From: Zetaproteobacteria bacterium
GTDB taxonomy: Bacteria > Bdellovibrionota_B > Oligoflexia > Oligoflexales > Bog-1112
Length of the DNA stretch: 46,300 nt
Direction of reading: 5' to 3'
Assembly (NCBI GenBank): GCA_028817975.1
Contig: JAPPOJ010000070.1
Span: 1-46,300, forward strand
A program made the position numbers and the translations under genes. This document shows positions 12,214-21,292 of the stretch, piece after piece. Each line of letters starts with the position of its first letter. Positions within the stretch are counted from its first letter, which is position 1. The notes under the pieces were generated by a model. That model was not told the DNA's origin, made no database searches, and saw only the letters and a program-made list of their open reading frames with translations.

Positions 12214-13452
12214 ATGAAAAAAAAATACTTTGCGCTTGATTTGGGTACGACGAAATTCTGTCTTGCTTGCTTAGAACTGGATTATGGCAACCAGACAGCG
12301 ACGGTGGACTGGTTAGCGGTTCCTGCTGGGGGGATGAAAAGTGGTATGTTGGAGCGTATGGACCGTGCCAGTGCTCAGTTAGCGACACTCATTGGCCAAG
12401 CGGAAGAGCAGTTTAAAGTAGATTTGCCTGCGATTGTAGTGGGGGTGGCTGGTCGCCATCTTGCTTCCACTTTTGTGGAACATCTACTTTCGTTGCATGG
12501 ACAAAGGGTTGGCCTTAAGCACTGTCAAAAATTGCAGAGGCTCGCAAGCCTTGCTCCTGTAAGTGAAGGAAGGGAGCAGGTGTTGGCACTTCCGGTAGCT
12601 TACCAAGTAGATGCCAGACCTTGGTCGAGCAACCCCCTCCAGCTAACGGGTCAGCACCTTAGGTCTTCTATGTTTTCGGTTACTGCGGACAAACATTATT
12701 TACGGGACTTGGTGCGCTTGTGTAATAGCTGTGGTGTCAAAGTGTCGGCATTTCAGCCGGAGCCTGTCGCAAGTGCGTCTGCGATTTTAGGGACAGGCCC
12801 TTACCGTCAAGGAGCCGTCATTATCGATATAGGAGGGGGGAGTGTTGATGGGGTTGCATATCGGCACTCGGTCCCGGTATATTTGTTTACTTTGAGAGGA
12901 GGGGGCGAAGCGCTGACGGACAAAATAGGCTTTCATTGGAATCTTTCTCTTCAGGAAGCAGAGCGGGTGAAGCGTCAGGTTGGTTTTTTGGCAACAGGTA
13001 TGGGGGATAAAATAGAGTGCTTAGATCTGCATGGAAGGTTACAAAAAGTCTCGGTGAAAGCAGTTGTCGATTTACTGATTCGAGAGTTTACGTTGCTCTC
13101 TCGGGAGTTAAAAGATATTTTTGTGCAGTTGGGTTATCCGCAAAGCACTGGCTTACTGATTACCGGAGGTGGGTCGGAGCTTTTGGGCTGTGAGCAAGTG
13201 CTTGCTAAAATGTTGTCGCGTCCTGTAGCTAAGCTTAGTCCAGATTGGAAGTCAGGCCTGCCCTCGGCCTTTGATGCTCACAGCTTGCGTCAAATGGGAG
13301 GCCCCACTCCAGGGAAGCAACATGCAACGGTGATTGGTATGTTGTTGCTGGCCGCGCAAAAAGAGCTTGATCTTCACGACTTAGGCGGTGCCTCTGTGAC
13401 GAAGTTGGGACTACGCAAAGTCTGGGGCTGGCTCCGTGAATTGAAATCATAG
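12214..13452 (+). CDS. ftsA: Cell division protein FtsA (actin-like ATPase)
   Basis: Motifs LDLGTTKFC (phosphate 1), IIDIGGGSVDG (phosphate 2), ITGGGSEL (adenosine). Position upstream of ftsZ. Confidence 0.9.
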   Translation: MKKKYFALDLGTTKFCLACLELDYGNQTATVDWLAVPAGGMKSGMLERMDRASAQLATLIGQAEEQFKVDLPAIVVGVAGRHLASTFVEHLLSLHGQRVGLKHCQKLQRLASLAPVSEGREQVLALPVAYQVDARPWSSNPLQLTGQHLRSSMFSVTADKHYLRDLVRLCNSCGVKVSAFQPEPVASASAILGTGPYRQGAVIIDIGGGSVDGVAYRHSVPVYLFTLRGGGEALTDKIGFHWNLSLQEAERVKRQVGFLATGMGDKIECLDLHGRLQKVSVKAVVDLLIREFTLLSRELKDIFVQLGYPQSTGLLITGGGSELLGCEQVLAKMLSRPVAKLSPDWKSGLPSAFDAHSLRQMGGPTPGKQHATVIGMLLLAAQKELDLHDLGGASVTKLGLRKVWGWLRELKS

Positions 13453-13601
13453 CAAAATTTTCCCACCTGATGCACTGCAGCTTTGTCAAAATTAAATGTT
13501 TACTATTCAGAGGTTAGCGCAGTGATAAACGCGCTCCCCGAAGGCGGTCCGCTATAATCGGAGGTAAGTCAACACGAAAATATCAAGAAGGGAGTGCCTA
13601 A

Positions 13602-15260
13602 ATGACTGTCGAAGGCTGCGAATCCGCTGGACCAGGAGCACGGATAAAGGTGTTTGGCATCGGTGGTGGAGGCACGAACGCTGTGAGCACGATGATTCGT
13701 GCTCACATTGATGGGGTCGACTTTATTTCAGCAAATACGGATATTCAGTCGCTGCAGGCGGCGCTTGCGCCGCGTAAGATCCAGATAGGGAAGGACCTTA
13801 CGAAAGGCTTAGGGGCGGGGGCAGACCCGGATATTGGCCGTGATGCAGCTTTGGAGGATCGTCAGGAGATTTTAGAATGTGTCTCCGGGGCAGATATGGT
13901 GTTTGTTACAGCTGGTATGGGGGGGGGCACAGGCACAGGTGGTGCTGCGATTGTGGCGCAAATAGCCAAGGAGTCCGGTGCACTCACTGTTGGTGTGGTT
14001 ACGAAGCCTTTCGGCTTTGAAGGCAAGCGACGTCGGAAGCATGCCGATATCGGCATAGACCGACTTAAAGCGCATGTGGATACCCTGCTGGTGATTCCTA
14101 ACGATCGCTTATTACATGTTGCTGGGCCAAGTCTCACGATGTTAGAGGCTTTCCGCCTTGCGGACACGGTATTAGTGAATGCGGTACGTGGTATTAGTGA
14201 CATCATTAACGTGCCTGGAACCATTAATGTGGACTTTGCTGATGTTAAGACGGTCATGTCCAATATGGGGCAAGCTCTTATGGGAATTGGCAGTGCCCGT
14301 GGCGAAGGTCGTGCCAAAAAAGCGGCTATGGAAGCTATTTCTTCCCCTCTCTTGGAAGATGTAGACATTGAAGGAGCAACAGGCCTGCTTATTAACATTA
14401 CGGCTGGGGAAACCGTTAGTCTGGCTGAAGTGAATGAGGCATGCACGATTGTAGAAGAGGCTGCGCACGATGAAGCGGACATTATTTTCGGTGCGGTGAT
14501 TGATCCCAGTTTAGATAATGAGCTTCGCATTACGGTGATTGCGACGGGGTTTCCGATTGCTTCTGATCAAGAGTTTGTTGTTAAAAGAAAAGGTGCTGGG
14601 GTTGGAGATCAGCTCTCACGCTCGGTAAGTTATCATGAGCTGGCTCGCCAGCAAAAAGAGCGACAAAGTACAGAAAGTGGTGCTCATTCTCTACAAGCGG
14701 CTGTGAAAAATACGAAGGAACTATCTGCAGGCACCTTTTCCACGGTGGACTTGGCTCCGGTAGAGGAAACATTGCACTCGGAAGACTCTCAAGGTTTGGC
14801 GATGGACCTTGGTGTGAAGGAGAGCTCTGAAGAGGATGAGCTAACGAAGTGGACTTTGAGCCAGCTTGGAGAGGCTGAGGGGCAGGAGGCAAAGAGCCCC
14901 ATGGCCCCGGAAGAACCTTCGTTGGAATCCTCGCCCTATCGTTCGGCAGAGGCTCCCAGTGAGGGGCAGGCGGGTGCTTTTGTGGAGGAACCTTCTTCTT
15001 TGCGCTCAGCCGCCCCGCAGGAGGTGTTGTCAGAAGGAGTCAGGGAGCAGGGACCTATTATACGTACTGAGGGAGGCTATGAGGACTTTTTTCACCAAGT
15101 GCATGATGAGGTTGTCTCAGACTTGGACCGTCGCATTGATGAGGCCTTAAAGTTGACGCCAGAGTCTGAGGATGCGCAAAAAAAGTCACAGGCTCCGCGT
15201 AACCCGGTTGAGGTTCCTGCTTTTTTGCGTGATGGGAGCCCTAGCTTAGATTTGACTTAG
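13602..15260 (+). CDS. ftsZ: Cell division GTPase FtsZ with an unusually long (~215 aa) acidic linker and a conserved C-terminal peptide
   Basis: Motifs GIGGGGTNAV, tubulin signature GGGTGTGGAA, NDRLL, and VIATGF at about residue 315. C-terminal VEVPAFLRD. AAGGGAG Shine-Dalgarno upstream. Confidence 0.97.
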   Translation: MTVEGCESAGPGARIKVFGIGGGGTNAVSTMIRAHIDGVDFISANTDIQSLQAALAPRKIQIGKDLTKGLGAGADPDIGRDAALEDRQEILECVSGADMVFVTAGMGGGTGTGGAAIVAQIAKESGALTVGVVTKPFGFEGKRRRKHADIGIDRLKAHVDTLLVIPNDRLLHVAGPSLTMLEAFRLADTVLVNAVRGISDIINVPGTINVDFADVKTVMSNMGQALMGIGSARGEGRAKKAAMEAISSPLLEDVDIEGATGLLINITAGETVSLAEVNEACTIVEEAAHDEADIIFGAVIDPSLDNELRITVIATGFPIASDQEFVVKRKGAGVGDQLSRSVSYHELARQQKERQSTESGAHSLQAAVKNTKELSAGTFSTVDLAPVEETLHSEDSQGLAMDLGVKESSEEDELTKWTLSQLGEAEGQEAKSPMAPEEPSLESSPYRSAEAPSEGQAGAFVEEPSSLRSAAPQEVLSEGVREQGPIIRTEGGYEDFFHQVHDEVVSDLDRRIDEALKLTPESEDAQKKSQAPRNPVEVPAFLRDGSPSLDLT

Positions 15261-15285
15261 GTGGGCGTTATTTTATGCGCAGCAC

Positions 15286-15326
15286 AGGAGGCTCCCCTTT
15301 TTGGTGGGGGCCTCCTTTCTTTTTCT
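15286..15326 (+). terminator. Rho-independent terminator after ftsZ
   Basis: An 11-bp stem AGGAGGCTCCC / GGGGGCCTCCT (one G-U pair) with a short loop, followed by TTCTTTTTCT. Confidence 0.8.
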
Positions 15327-15367
15327 GGAGATCTTATCTCTTCGTTGCGGATTAATTTTTTGCGGTT

Positions 15368-15376
15368 TGCTAGAAT
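15368..15376 (+). promoter_or_regulatory. Possible extended -10 promoter element (TGcTAGAAT) for the ABC exporter genes
   Basis: Read directly, downstream of the ftsZ terminator. No good -35 was seen. Confidence 0.3.
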
Positions 15377-15436
15377 AACATCATGCTTGGGTGCGGTTGT
15401 GCCTTGTACGTTTCTTGTGAGAAATGGGCGGAGTCT

Positions 15437-16222
15437 ATGGTATGTGCGGCTAGTCAGCAGTCAAACTTGGCAGTGAGAGTAGAGGATATTTCTAAAACAT
15501 TCTACTTTGATACGAACCAGTTACTTTCTTTGAAACATCACGTGCTTTCTTTGTTACATCGCATGTCCGGAGCAGGTGGGCGTGTACTGCATCCGGCGGG
15601 ACAAAAAAAAGATGTTTTAAAGGCGGTCAACTTTGATATTGGTTGGGGTGAGACAGTAGCTATACTTGGGCGCAATGGCTGTGGAAAAAGCACTCTTTTG
15701 CGTATTATTGCAGGCATTTACCAGCCGAGCAAAGGTCTTATTCAGACACATGGGCGGATCTCGCCGCTTATTGAGCTGGGTTCTGGGTTTCATCCCGACT
15801 TCACGGGGAGAGAAAACGCGATCCTATATGGCAAGATTTTGGGGCTTACCCGCCATCAGATTGCCTCGAAGCTTGATAAGATTATCGCCTTTTCAGAGGT
15901 GGGGACCTATATTGATCGTCCCGTTCGCTTGTATAGTTCTGGGATGATTTCTCGTCTGGCCTTTAGTGTTGCAACTGAAGTCGAGCCCGATATTTTACTT
16001 TTGGATGAGGTCCTGAGTGTGGGAGATATTTCCTTTCAGGCGAAGTGTAAAAAGAGAATGCGCGAGATTCAGGAGCGAGGTACAACGATTATCATGGTGA
16101 CTCATCAGGTAGGTGCAGCTCAGTCATGGGCAAAGCGTTGTATCTACTTGAAAGATGGGGTGGTGGTTGCGGACGGCCAGTCCAAAGAGGTGGTAAACCT
16201 GTACCAAAAAGACAATATGTAG
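15437..16222 (+). CDS. ABC transporter ATP-binding protein, polysaccharide/O-antigen/teichoic-acid exporter type (Wzt/TagH/KpsT-like). The ORF is open from 15383; ATG 15437 is preferred.
   Basis: Walker A GRNGCGKST, signature YSSGMISRLAFS, Walker B ILLLDEVLSVGD, H-loop MVTHQ. No C-terminal carbohydrate-binding extension. Confidence 0.9.
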   Translation: MVCAASQQSNLAVRVEDISKTFYFDTNQLLSLKHHVLSLLHRMSGAGGRVLHPAGQKKDVLKAVNFDIGWGETVAILGRNGCGKSTLLRIIAGIYQPSKGLIQTHGRISPLIELGSGFHPDFTGRENAILYGKILGLTRHQIASKLDKIIAFSEVGTYIDRPVRLYSSGMISRLAFSVATEVEPDILLLDEVLSVGDISFQAKCKKRMREIQERGTTIIMVTHQVGAAQSWAKRCIYLKDGVVVADGQSKEVVNLYQKDNM

Positions 16223-16245
16223 TCGAAAATAAAAAAGAGGACCAG

Positions 16246-17040
16246 ATGTCTATTGCATATACGGCTGAACGCTTTGTGTCTTTAGCGAAGACTCGAAAAT
16301 CGCTTCTTTGGGGCCTTGCAGTGCGTAGCCTGCTTGTGCGTTACCAAGGGTCTGTGTTTGGTTTTTTGTGGACGCTGTTGAGCCCTGTGTTGCAAATAGC
16401 TGTATATTCTTTGGTTTTCGGGGTGGTCATGCGTGTTGGCATGAAAGACTACTGGCTTTATTTGTTTAATGGCATCGTTTTTTGGGGCATTATTTCTTCG
16501 ACTCTCCTCGAAGCTCCGGCTTCGATTTTGGGGTCCTCGCGTCTCGTTTCTAGGGCAGGGCTTCCTTCTGAAATCATTCCCTGCCGTATTGTGCTGACTT
16601 TATTGCTAAATTATTTGATCGTGCTGCCGGTGTATTTGGCTTGTTTTTTTATGTTTCGCGGCCCTTTGACGATTCATTTTGCTCAAATTTTATTTATCCT
16701 TCCTCTGACTTTGATGTTTTGTTTGGCGTCGGCCCTGATTCTTGCCTATTTGGGGGCTATTTTCAGGGACATCCAGCACTTTATCCAAGTGATTGTACAG
16801 CTGTTGTTTTTTACGACCCCGATCACCTATGTTGCCGAAAGAATTACGGGCAAGCTTGAGATGGTCTTGCAGTATTCCCCCTTCACTGCAGTTGTGTCTA
16901 TGAACGCCGATGCTTTGTTCCTTGGTCGTATGGTGGACCCCACTCATTTGTATGTCTTCTCTTTATGGACTTTGGCTCTTTGGGGAGTGGCTTTTCTGGT
17001 ACACACTCGTTTCTCGAGCACCGCTATTGAGGTGGTATAG
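16246..17040 (+). CDS. ABC-2 type exporter permease (Wzm/TagG/KpsM-like)
   Basis: AGAGGA Shine-Dalgarno before the ATG at 16246. About 6 hydrophobic helices. N-terminal LAVRSLLVRYQGSVFGFLWTLLSP is typical of ABC-2 permeases. Adjacent to the ATPase. Confidence 0.85.
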   Translation: MSIAYTAERFVSLAKTRKSLLWGLAVRSLLVRYQGSVFGFLWTLLSPVLQIAVYSLVFGVVMRVGMKDYWLYLFNGIVFWGIISSTLLEAPASILGSSRLVSRAGLPSEIIPCRIVLTLLLNYLIVLPVYLACFFMFRGPLTIHFAQILFILPLTLMFCLASALILAYLGAIFRDIQHFIQVIVQLLFFTTPITYVAERITGKLEMVLQYSPFTAVVSMNADALFLGRMVDPTHLYVFSLWTLALWGVAFLVHTRFSSTAIEVV

Positions 17041-17059
17041 TTGAGCCCATCCTAGAGAC

Positions 17060-18073
17060 TCAAATGATGTCTTGGAGTTGGAGCATGCCTTGGATTGTTT
17101 TATCGGCGCTTATGACAAAAAGTCTTGTAATTTTAAATTCTTGCATGATTTGAATGCACTTTTTGATGGGGGTCTCGCTAGGCACGGCTTTAGGTGCGGG
17201 ATGCATGAGCTCTTCAGCGCATTTTTGTAATGCTTTTGCTTCGAGTTTGAGCAGTGTGCGTCGCAAGTCACCATCAGTGATGCAACCGACCAATTGGCTC
17301 TTATGGTTCAGCACCGGTACAATGCCGTAATTTTTTGCGCTCATCTGGGTGAGTACGGCTTGAAAGGGGCAAGATTCCGTAACGGATCGTAGCTCTTGGT
17401 GGAGAATCATAAACTCTTTGGCGGTGCGCAGGCTTTTGCCGAGCGCGCCACCTGGGTGTAAGCGTCCGAAAGATTCGCGTGTAAAGTTTTTTGCGTGTAT
17501 GAGAGAAATGGCAAGAGCGTCGCCTAGTGCGAGTGCTAAGGTAGAAGAGCTTGTAGGTGCGAGCCCGAGGGGGTCGGCCTCTTTTTCAACGGACCCGTCT
17601 AAAAAGACATCCGCGATGCGCGCGAGCAGGCAGTTGGAGCCTCCTCCGGTAATGGTTAGGATCTTAAGCCCTTTCTGTTTGGCGAACTGTGCCACTGTGC
17701 AGACTTCTGGAGTAGTCCCGCTGTAGGCGATAGCGCAAAGGACATCTTCGGACTGGATCATGCCAAAGTCTCCGTGTAACGCCTCAGAAGGGTGGAGAAA
17801 TAAAGCTGGAGTGCCTGTTGAAGAAAATGTAGAGGCGAGCTTAGCACAAATATGTCCAGACTTCCCCAGCCCTGTAAACACCACGCGCCCACGAGTTGTG
17901 TGCAGTATTCGGACGGCGTGCTCGAACGCTATTGTCAGCTGCTGTGCAGCTTTTAAAAGAGTATGGGCTTCTGTGCGTAAGGCTTGCTGACCTATGTGTA
18001 CGTAGTCGTGGTTTTGGTGGCTTGATGCAGAGGGTGCGCTTAACATGCTGCTTTTTCTCCTGAAAATATGCAT
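17060..18073 (-). CDS. kdsD: KpsF/GutQ-family arabinose-5-phosphate isomerase (SIS domain plus CBS pair). The start may be the ATG at 18046.
   Basis: SIS motif GRVVFTGLGKSGHICAKLASTFSSTGTPALFLHPSEALHGDFGMI, and a C-terminal tandem CBS-like region (VPVLNHKSQLVGCITDGDLRR ... ITRLFVISADKTIQGML). Confidence 0.9.
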   Translation of the reverse strand: MHIFRRKSSMLSAPSASSHQNHDYVHIGQQALRTEAHTLLKAAQQLTIAFEHAVRILHTTRGRVVFTGLGKSGHICAKLASTFSSTGTPALFLHPSEALHGDFGMIQSEDVLCAIAYSGTTPEVCTVAQFAKQKGLKILTITGGGSNCLLARIADVFLDGSVEKEADPLGLAPTSSSTLALALGDALAISLIHAKNFTRESFGRLHPGGALGKSLRTAKEFMILHQELRSVTESCPFQAVLTQMSAKNYGIVPVLNHKSQLVGCITDGDLRRTLLKLEAKALQKCAEELMHPAPKAVPSETPIKKCIQIMQEFKITRLFVISADKTIQGMLQLQDII

Positions 18074-18104
18074 TTTGCAATACTAACAAAAAAAAGTAAG
18101 GAAG

Positions 18105-18656
18105 TCATATAGACTTCCCTTGCAACTTAGCGCGCCTTTGTTGCCATGCTTTCCGCCCATTCGTAATCATAAAGAGTGCGGCTAAGGTGAAAACTGCCCC
18201 AATACCTGCTTGTCCAGTATGTCTTATGAGCTGTTGCTGTAGCCACTCTCCGATGAGCCCTTCTCCTTGGAGGCGGAAGCCCTGGTCAGGGAGGGGCGGT
18301 GAGAAGGTTGCAATCACGATTAAGGAGCTGAGCGTCGCGAGAAGGAAGTGTTGTATTCCGTAGAGGATCCGAGAACTCCATACAGCTGTGGGGGGAGCTA
18401 AGATACTTCCGGTGAATATAAAGAGGGGAAATAGAAAAGAGGTATAGCCAAACAGGTGTACAAGATGTGTTGCCAGTAGGGTACCTAGAGAGCCAAAAAT
18501 AGGTTGTTCGGCTGTTTCTTGGATATGTAGCCCGTAGGGGTTGTTTGGGTTGTGCTCGTGAAAAAAAAGTGCGAGCCAATAGTAGGTGAGTATCACGATA
18601 AGTGTGATCGTGCTGCTTGCCTTGCCGAGTTTGTTTTTTTTCTGTTCTCCCTGCAT
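18105..18656 (-). CDS. Small polytopic membrane protein resembling the N-terminal 4TM domain of FtsK, with no linker or motor domain
   Basis: AAGGGA Shine-Dalgarno 8 nt before the ATG at 18656. Four hydrophobic segments. IFGSLGTLLATHLVHLFGYTSFLFP and GEGLIGEWLQQQLIRHTGQAGIGAVFTLAALF match my recollection of the FtsK_4TM pattern (G..G..la..l...fG......P; GG.iG..l...l....G). Confidence 0.55.
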   Translation of the reverse strand: MQGEQKKNKLGKASSTITLIVILTYYWLALFFHEHNPNNPYGLHIQETAEQPIFGSLGTLLATHLVHLFGYTSFLFPLFIFTGSILAPPTAVWSSRILYGIQHFLLATLSSLIVIATFSPPLPDQGFRLQGEGLIGEWLQQQLIRHTGQAGIGAVFTLAALFMITNGRKAWQQRRAKLQGKSI

Positions 18657-18793
18657 GAGCAATTTCCCTTAAGTTGACCCTCTATGTGAGAGTAGCGTAT
18701 GATTCACATTAGCAACATTTATAGTCTAGTTTACAGAACGTCCCGGTTTATGCCGGGAGGGTTGGGCCTTTATGGTAAGTAGGCTGGTGCAGC

Positions 18794-19186
18794 TTAGGGC
18801 AAGGGAGTGATTTTAGGGCCATCCAAGATGATGGGTGGCTTTTTGAAAGGGACGCTAGGTTGGCGATACTTACCCCAAATAGGGATAGATCCTCCGTGTA
18901 GCGTGCTTTTCTTGTAGCCCTCTTGCAGCTTAGGTGCTGTCTTGGGCATTTGCTTCATCTGTTCGATAAGACGGACACTGATGTCAGGGTCGCGGTATAC
19001 GACGCTTGCGGCAGGGTACAGCTGTGCCGCGCCCGTCCGTTCGATGCTTAGTGCAGAGCCGGCTGGCTTCGTGCGCTCTCTAACATAGATCCGTTCGCCG
19101 ACTTTGGGGTATCCTTCAGGGGGTCTAGCCCAGCCTTGTGGAAGTAAGATGACCCAAAGTGCTCCTATCAGACTTAACTTTTTCAA
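18794..19186 (-). CDS. Small secreted hypothetical protein (about 130 aa)
   Basis: GGAGGG Shine-Dalgarno 8 nt upstream of the TTG at 19186. This gives the signal peptide MKKLSLIGALWVILLPQGWA followed by RPPEG. No recognisable domain. Confidence 0.6.
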   Translation of the reverse strand: MKKLSLIGALWVILLPQGWARPPEGYPKVGERIYVRERTKPAGSALSIERTGAAQLYPAASVVYRDPDISVRLIEQMKQMPKTAPKLQEGYKKSTLHGGSIPIWGKYRQPSVPFKKPPIILDGPKITPLP

Positions 19187-19322
19187 GTGACACACCCTCC
19201 GCCTGTGTGTATCGGTAAATGAGCTTGAAACTAGAGCTATAGAAGTCCTTGAGCCCCCCAGAAAACTTTACTTATGCTGCTAAGCAACCGATGGTGTTGT
19301 GATCTTGGCTGTGAGGAGTGCG

Positions 19323-21014
19323 ATGCTGAGGGCTACCATTACGAGAGGCCGTGACGCAGGCAAAAGCTTTCTTTTGCAAACCTTTCCTATTACGATTGGA
19401 CGAGAGGTGGAAAAGGGGCTGGTGTTAGAAGATGTAGAGGTCAGTCGCAAGCATGTCCGTATTAAGAATCGTGGCAAATTATTTATCATTGAAGACCTTG
19501 GCTCGAAAAATGGCACTTTTCTGAATGGCGATCGTGTCATGAATGCAGTGGTCCGTAGTGGTGACTTATTGCTCGTGGGAGATACAGAACTTCAGCTGGA
19601 TATGTTGAGTCAGTTTGTGAATGTCACGGGCAAATCCTCGGGCATTCATATTGTAGATGACTCAGGAGGGGATGGGGTTGTGGAGGCGGTATCCCTAAGT
19701 GGGCAGGTTACAAAGCGTGATTTTGAGATGATCCCTTTACGCCGTGAAGGTGAAGTAAGTATTTTTAATAAGTTATCAGAAAACCTGGTGGGCTGTCGTA
19801 AGGTGTACCATCATCAGTCATCTGTTTTAGCCCAGGAAACTCTAGAGGGGTGTTGTCAGTCCTTGTTACGTATTTTGCCGCAAATTGTTTCGTACGCTGC
19901 AGGAGCTGTGGTTTTTGTCTGGTCGGGGCAGAGTCATCGGCTGATCCCGATGGCAAAGGTGCGTTATGCTAAGAATCAGGAGGAGGAGATCTTTCACGTT
20001 AGCCGTAAAGCGCTGAGTGAGTGTTTTTTTAAGAAGCAGGGGTTTCGTCTTTTAGATAAACAAGAGCAAATTGGCTCAAACTCAGTGCGTTATTTGTTTC
20101 CAGTAGTGCATTTAGGACGGGTGTTAGCTGTACTGCATATAGAAACCGAGGATCGTAGAGCGGTTTTTTCTCCAGGGGGCTTGCACCTCATTGAGGATTT
20201 GCTTGCCCGTACCGCCCCTTCCTTAGAAGTCCACCTTTTACGTACAGATGCAGATGCGATGATGTTAGGCATGGTTGAGGCAATGATTGCGGCCGTTGAA
20301 GCGAAGGACACTTATACAGTGGGGCACTCTGAAAGGGTTTGTAAGTACAGTATGGCTATGGCGCATGCTTTGAAAATTCCCCATGAAACTAAAAAATTGC
20401 TCATGATAAGTTCGCTATGTCATGATATTGGCAAAATTGGTATTCCAGATGCCATTCTCAAAAAGGCTACTTTACTTAGCACTGAGGAATATGAAGAAAT
20501 GAAGCTGCACCCTACCATTGGAGCAGGGATCTTAGCAAATGTTCCTAACGCTAAGAAATTTCTGTCTGGAATTAAGTACCACCATGAAAAATGGGATGGA
20601 ACCGGGTACCCAGAAGGCTTAGTAGGTGAGAGTATTCCTTTTTTTGGCCGTATTGTTGCGGTTGCCGACGTTTTTGATGCGATGATTTCGGGCCGCTCTT
20701 ATTCGGGCTTTATTGAAGAAGAAGATGCTATTGAGAAAATTCAGCGCGAGGCAGAGCTATTTGACCCGGAGATTTTAGCCTCGTTGATTAAGGCGTGGGA
20801 AGAGGGCCTGATTTCGCAAAGAACCTCTACCCAGCATCATTCAGAAAAAGTGGAGCGTGACTTGCGTGAGTCCCAACAACCGGAAGCTTTGGGTGCTGAA
20901 AAGTTGAAAAAAGGCAAAAATTTTGCACAGACCTCAGGCACGATGACCTACTCTCAACCACTTGCCGGTGAAGAATATTCTCGTGGGAAGAAGAACAAAG
21001 GTTCAAAGGGGTAG
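19323..21014 (+). CDS. FHA domain / central sensor-like (possibly GAF) region / HD-GYP c-di-GMP phosphodiesterase
   Basis: GAGGAG Shine-Dalgarno before the ATG at 19323. FHA signature ITIGREVEKGLVLEDVEVSRKHVRIKNRGKLFIIEDLGSKNGTFLNGDRV. HD-GYP motifs GHSERV, CHDIGKIGIPD, KLHP, HHEKWDGTGYPEGL, ADVFDAM. Confidence 0.9.
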   Translation: MLRATITRGRDAGKSFLLQTFPITIGREVEKGLVLEDVEVSRKHVRIKNRGKLFIIEDLGSKNGTFLNGDRVMNAVVRSGDLLLVGDTELQLDMLSQFVNVTGKSSGIHIVDDSGGDGVVEAVSLSGQVTKRDFEMIPLRREGEVSIFNKLSENLVGCRKVYHHQSSVLAQETLEGCCQSLLRILPQIVSYAAGAVVFVWSGQSHRLIPMAKVRYAKNQEEEIFHVSRKALSECFFKKQGFRLLDKQEQIGSNSVRYLFPVVHLGRVLAVLHIETEDRRAVFSPGGLHLIEDLLARTAPSLEVHLLRTDADAMMLGMVEAMIAAVEAKDTYTVGHSERVCKYSMAMAHALKIPHETKKLLMISSLCHDIGKIGIPDAILKKATLLSTEEYEEMKLHPTIGAGILANVPNAKKFLSGIKYHHEKWDGTGYPEGLVGESIPFFGRIVAVADVFDAMISGRSYSGFIEEEDAIEKIQREAELFDPEILASLIKAWEEGLISQRTSTQHHSEKVERDLRESQQPEALGAEKLKKGKNFAQTSGTMTYSQPLAGEEYSRGKKNKGSKG

Positions 21015-21292
21015 GCCGTAATCATTTGTTGGCATCAAGCCCAATCCATTTGCTAAAAAAATCAGTAGGATGGTAGCCGTGCCGCCGGAAAGATGGAGCT
21101 GCTCTTTCTTTTGTTTGCACGGGGGAACTCAAATTCAACAAGGTAGGCCCATGCGCTGGCTTGTTGAGGTTTCCTGGTGGAGTGCCTCGTGAGAGGGGCT
21201 ATAAGTTACGACAATTCAACTGGTATGGGGCTCCTTAACATACCCCACACAAATAGGGGCTGTCGCCGAGGAAAGACACCGAGTCTTACTCC

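Noticed and set aside
13862-14530. 222-aa minus-strand ORF antisense to ftsZ
   Set aside because: It lies entirely within the best-supported gene in the window. It is Ser/Ala/Pro/Thr-rich and low in complexity, as expected for the antisense of Gly/Ala/Val-rich coding sequence. It has no motifs.
21075-21110. SRP (4.5S) RNA-like CCGGAAAGATGGAGCTGC
   Set aside because: The flanks of the GGAA do not pair, and the surrounding sequence lacks the conserved domain IV helices.
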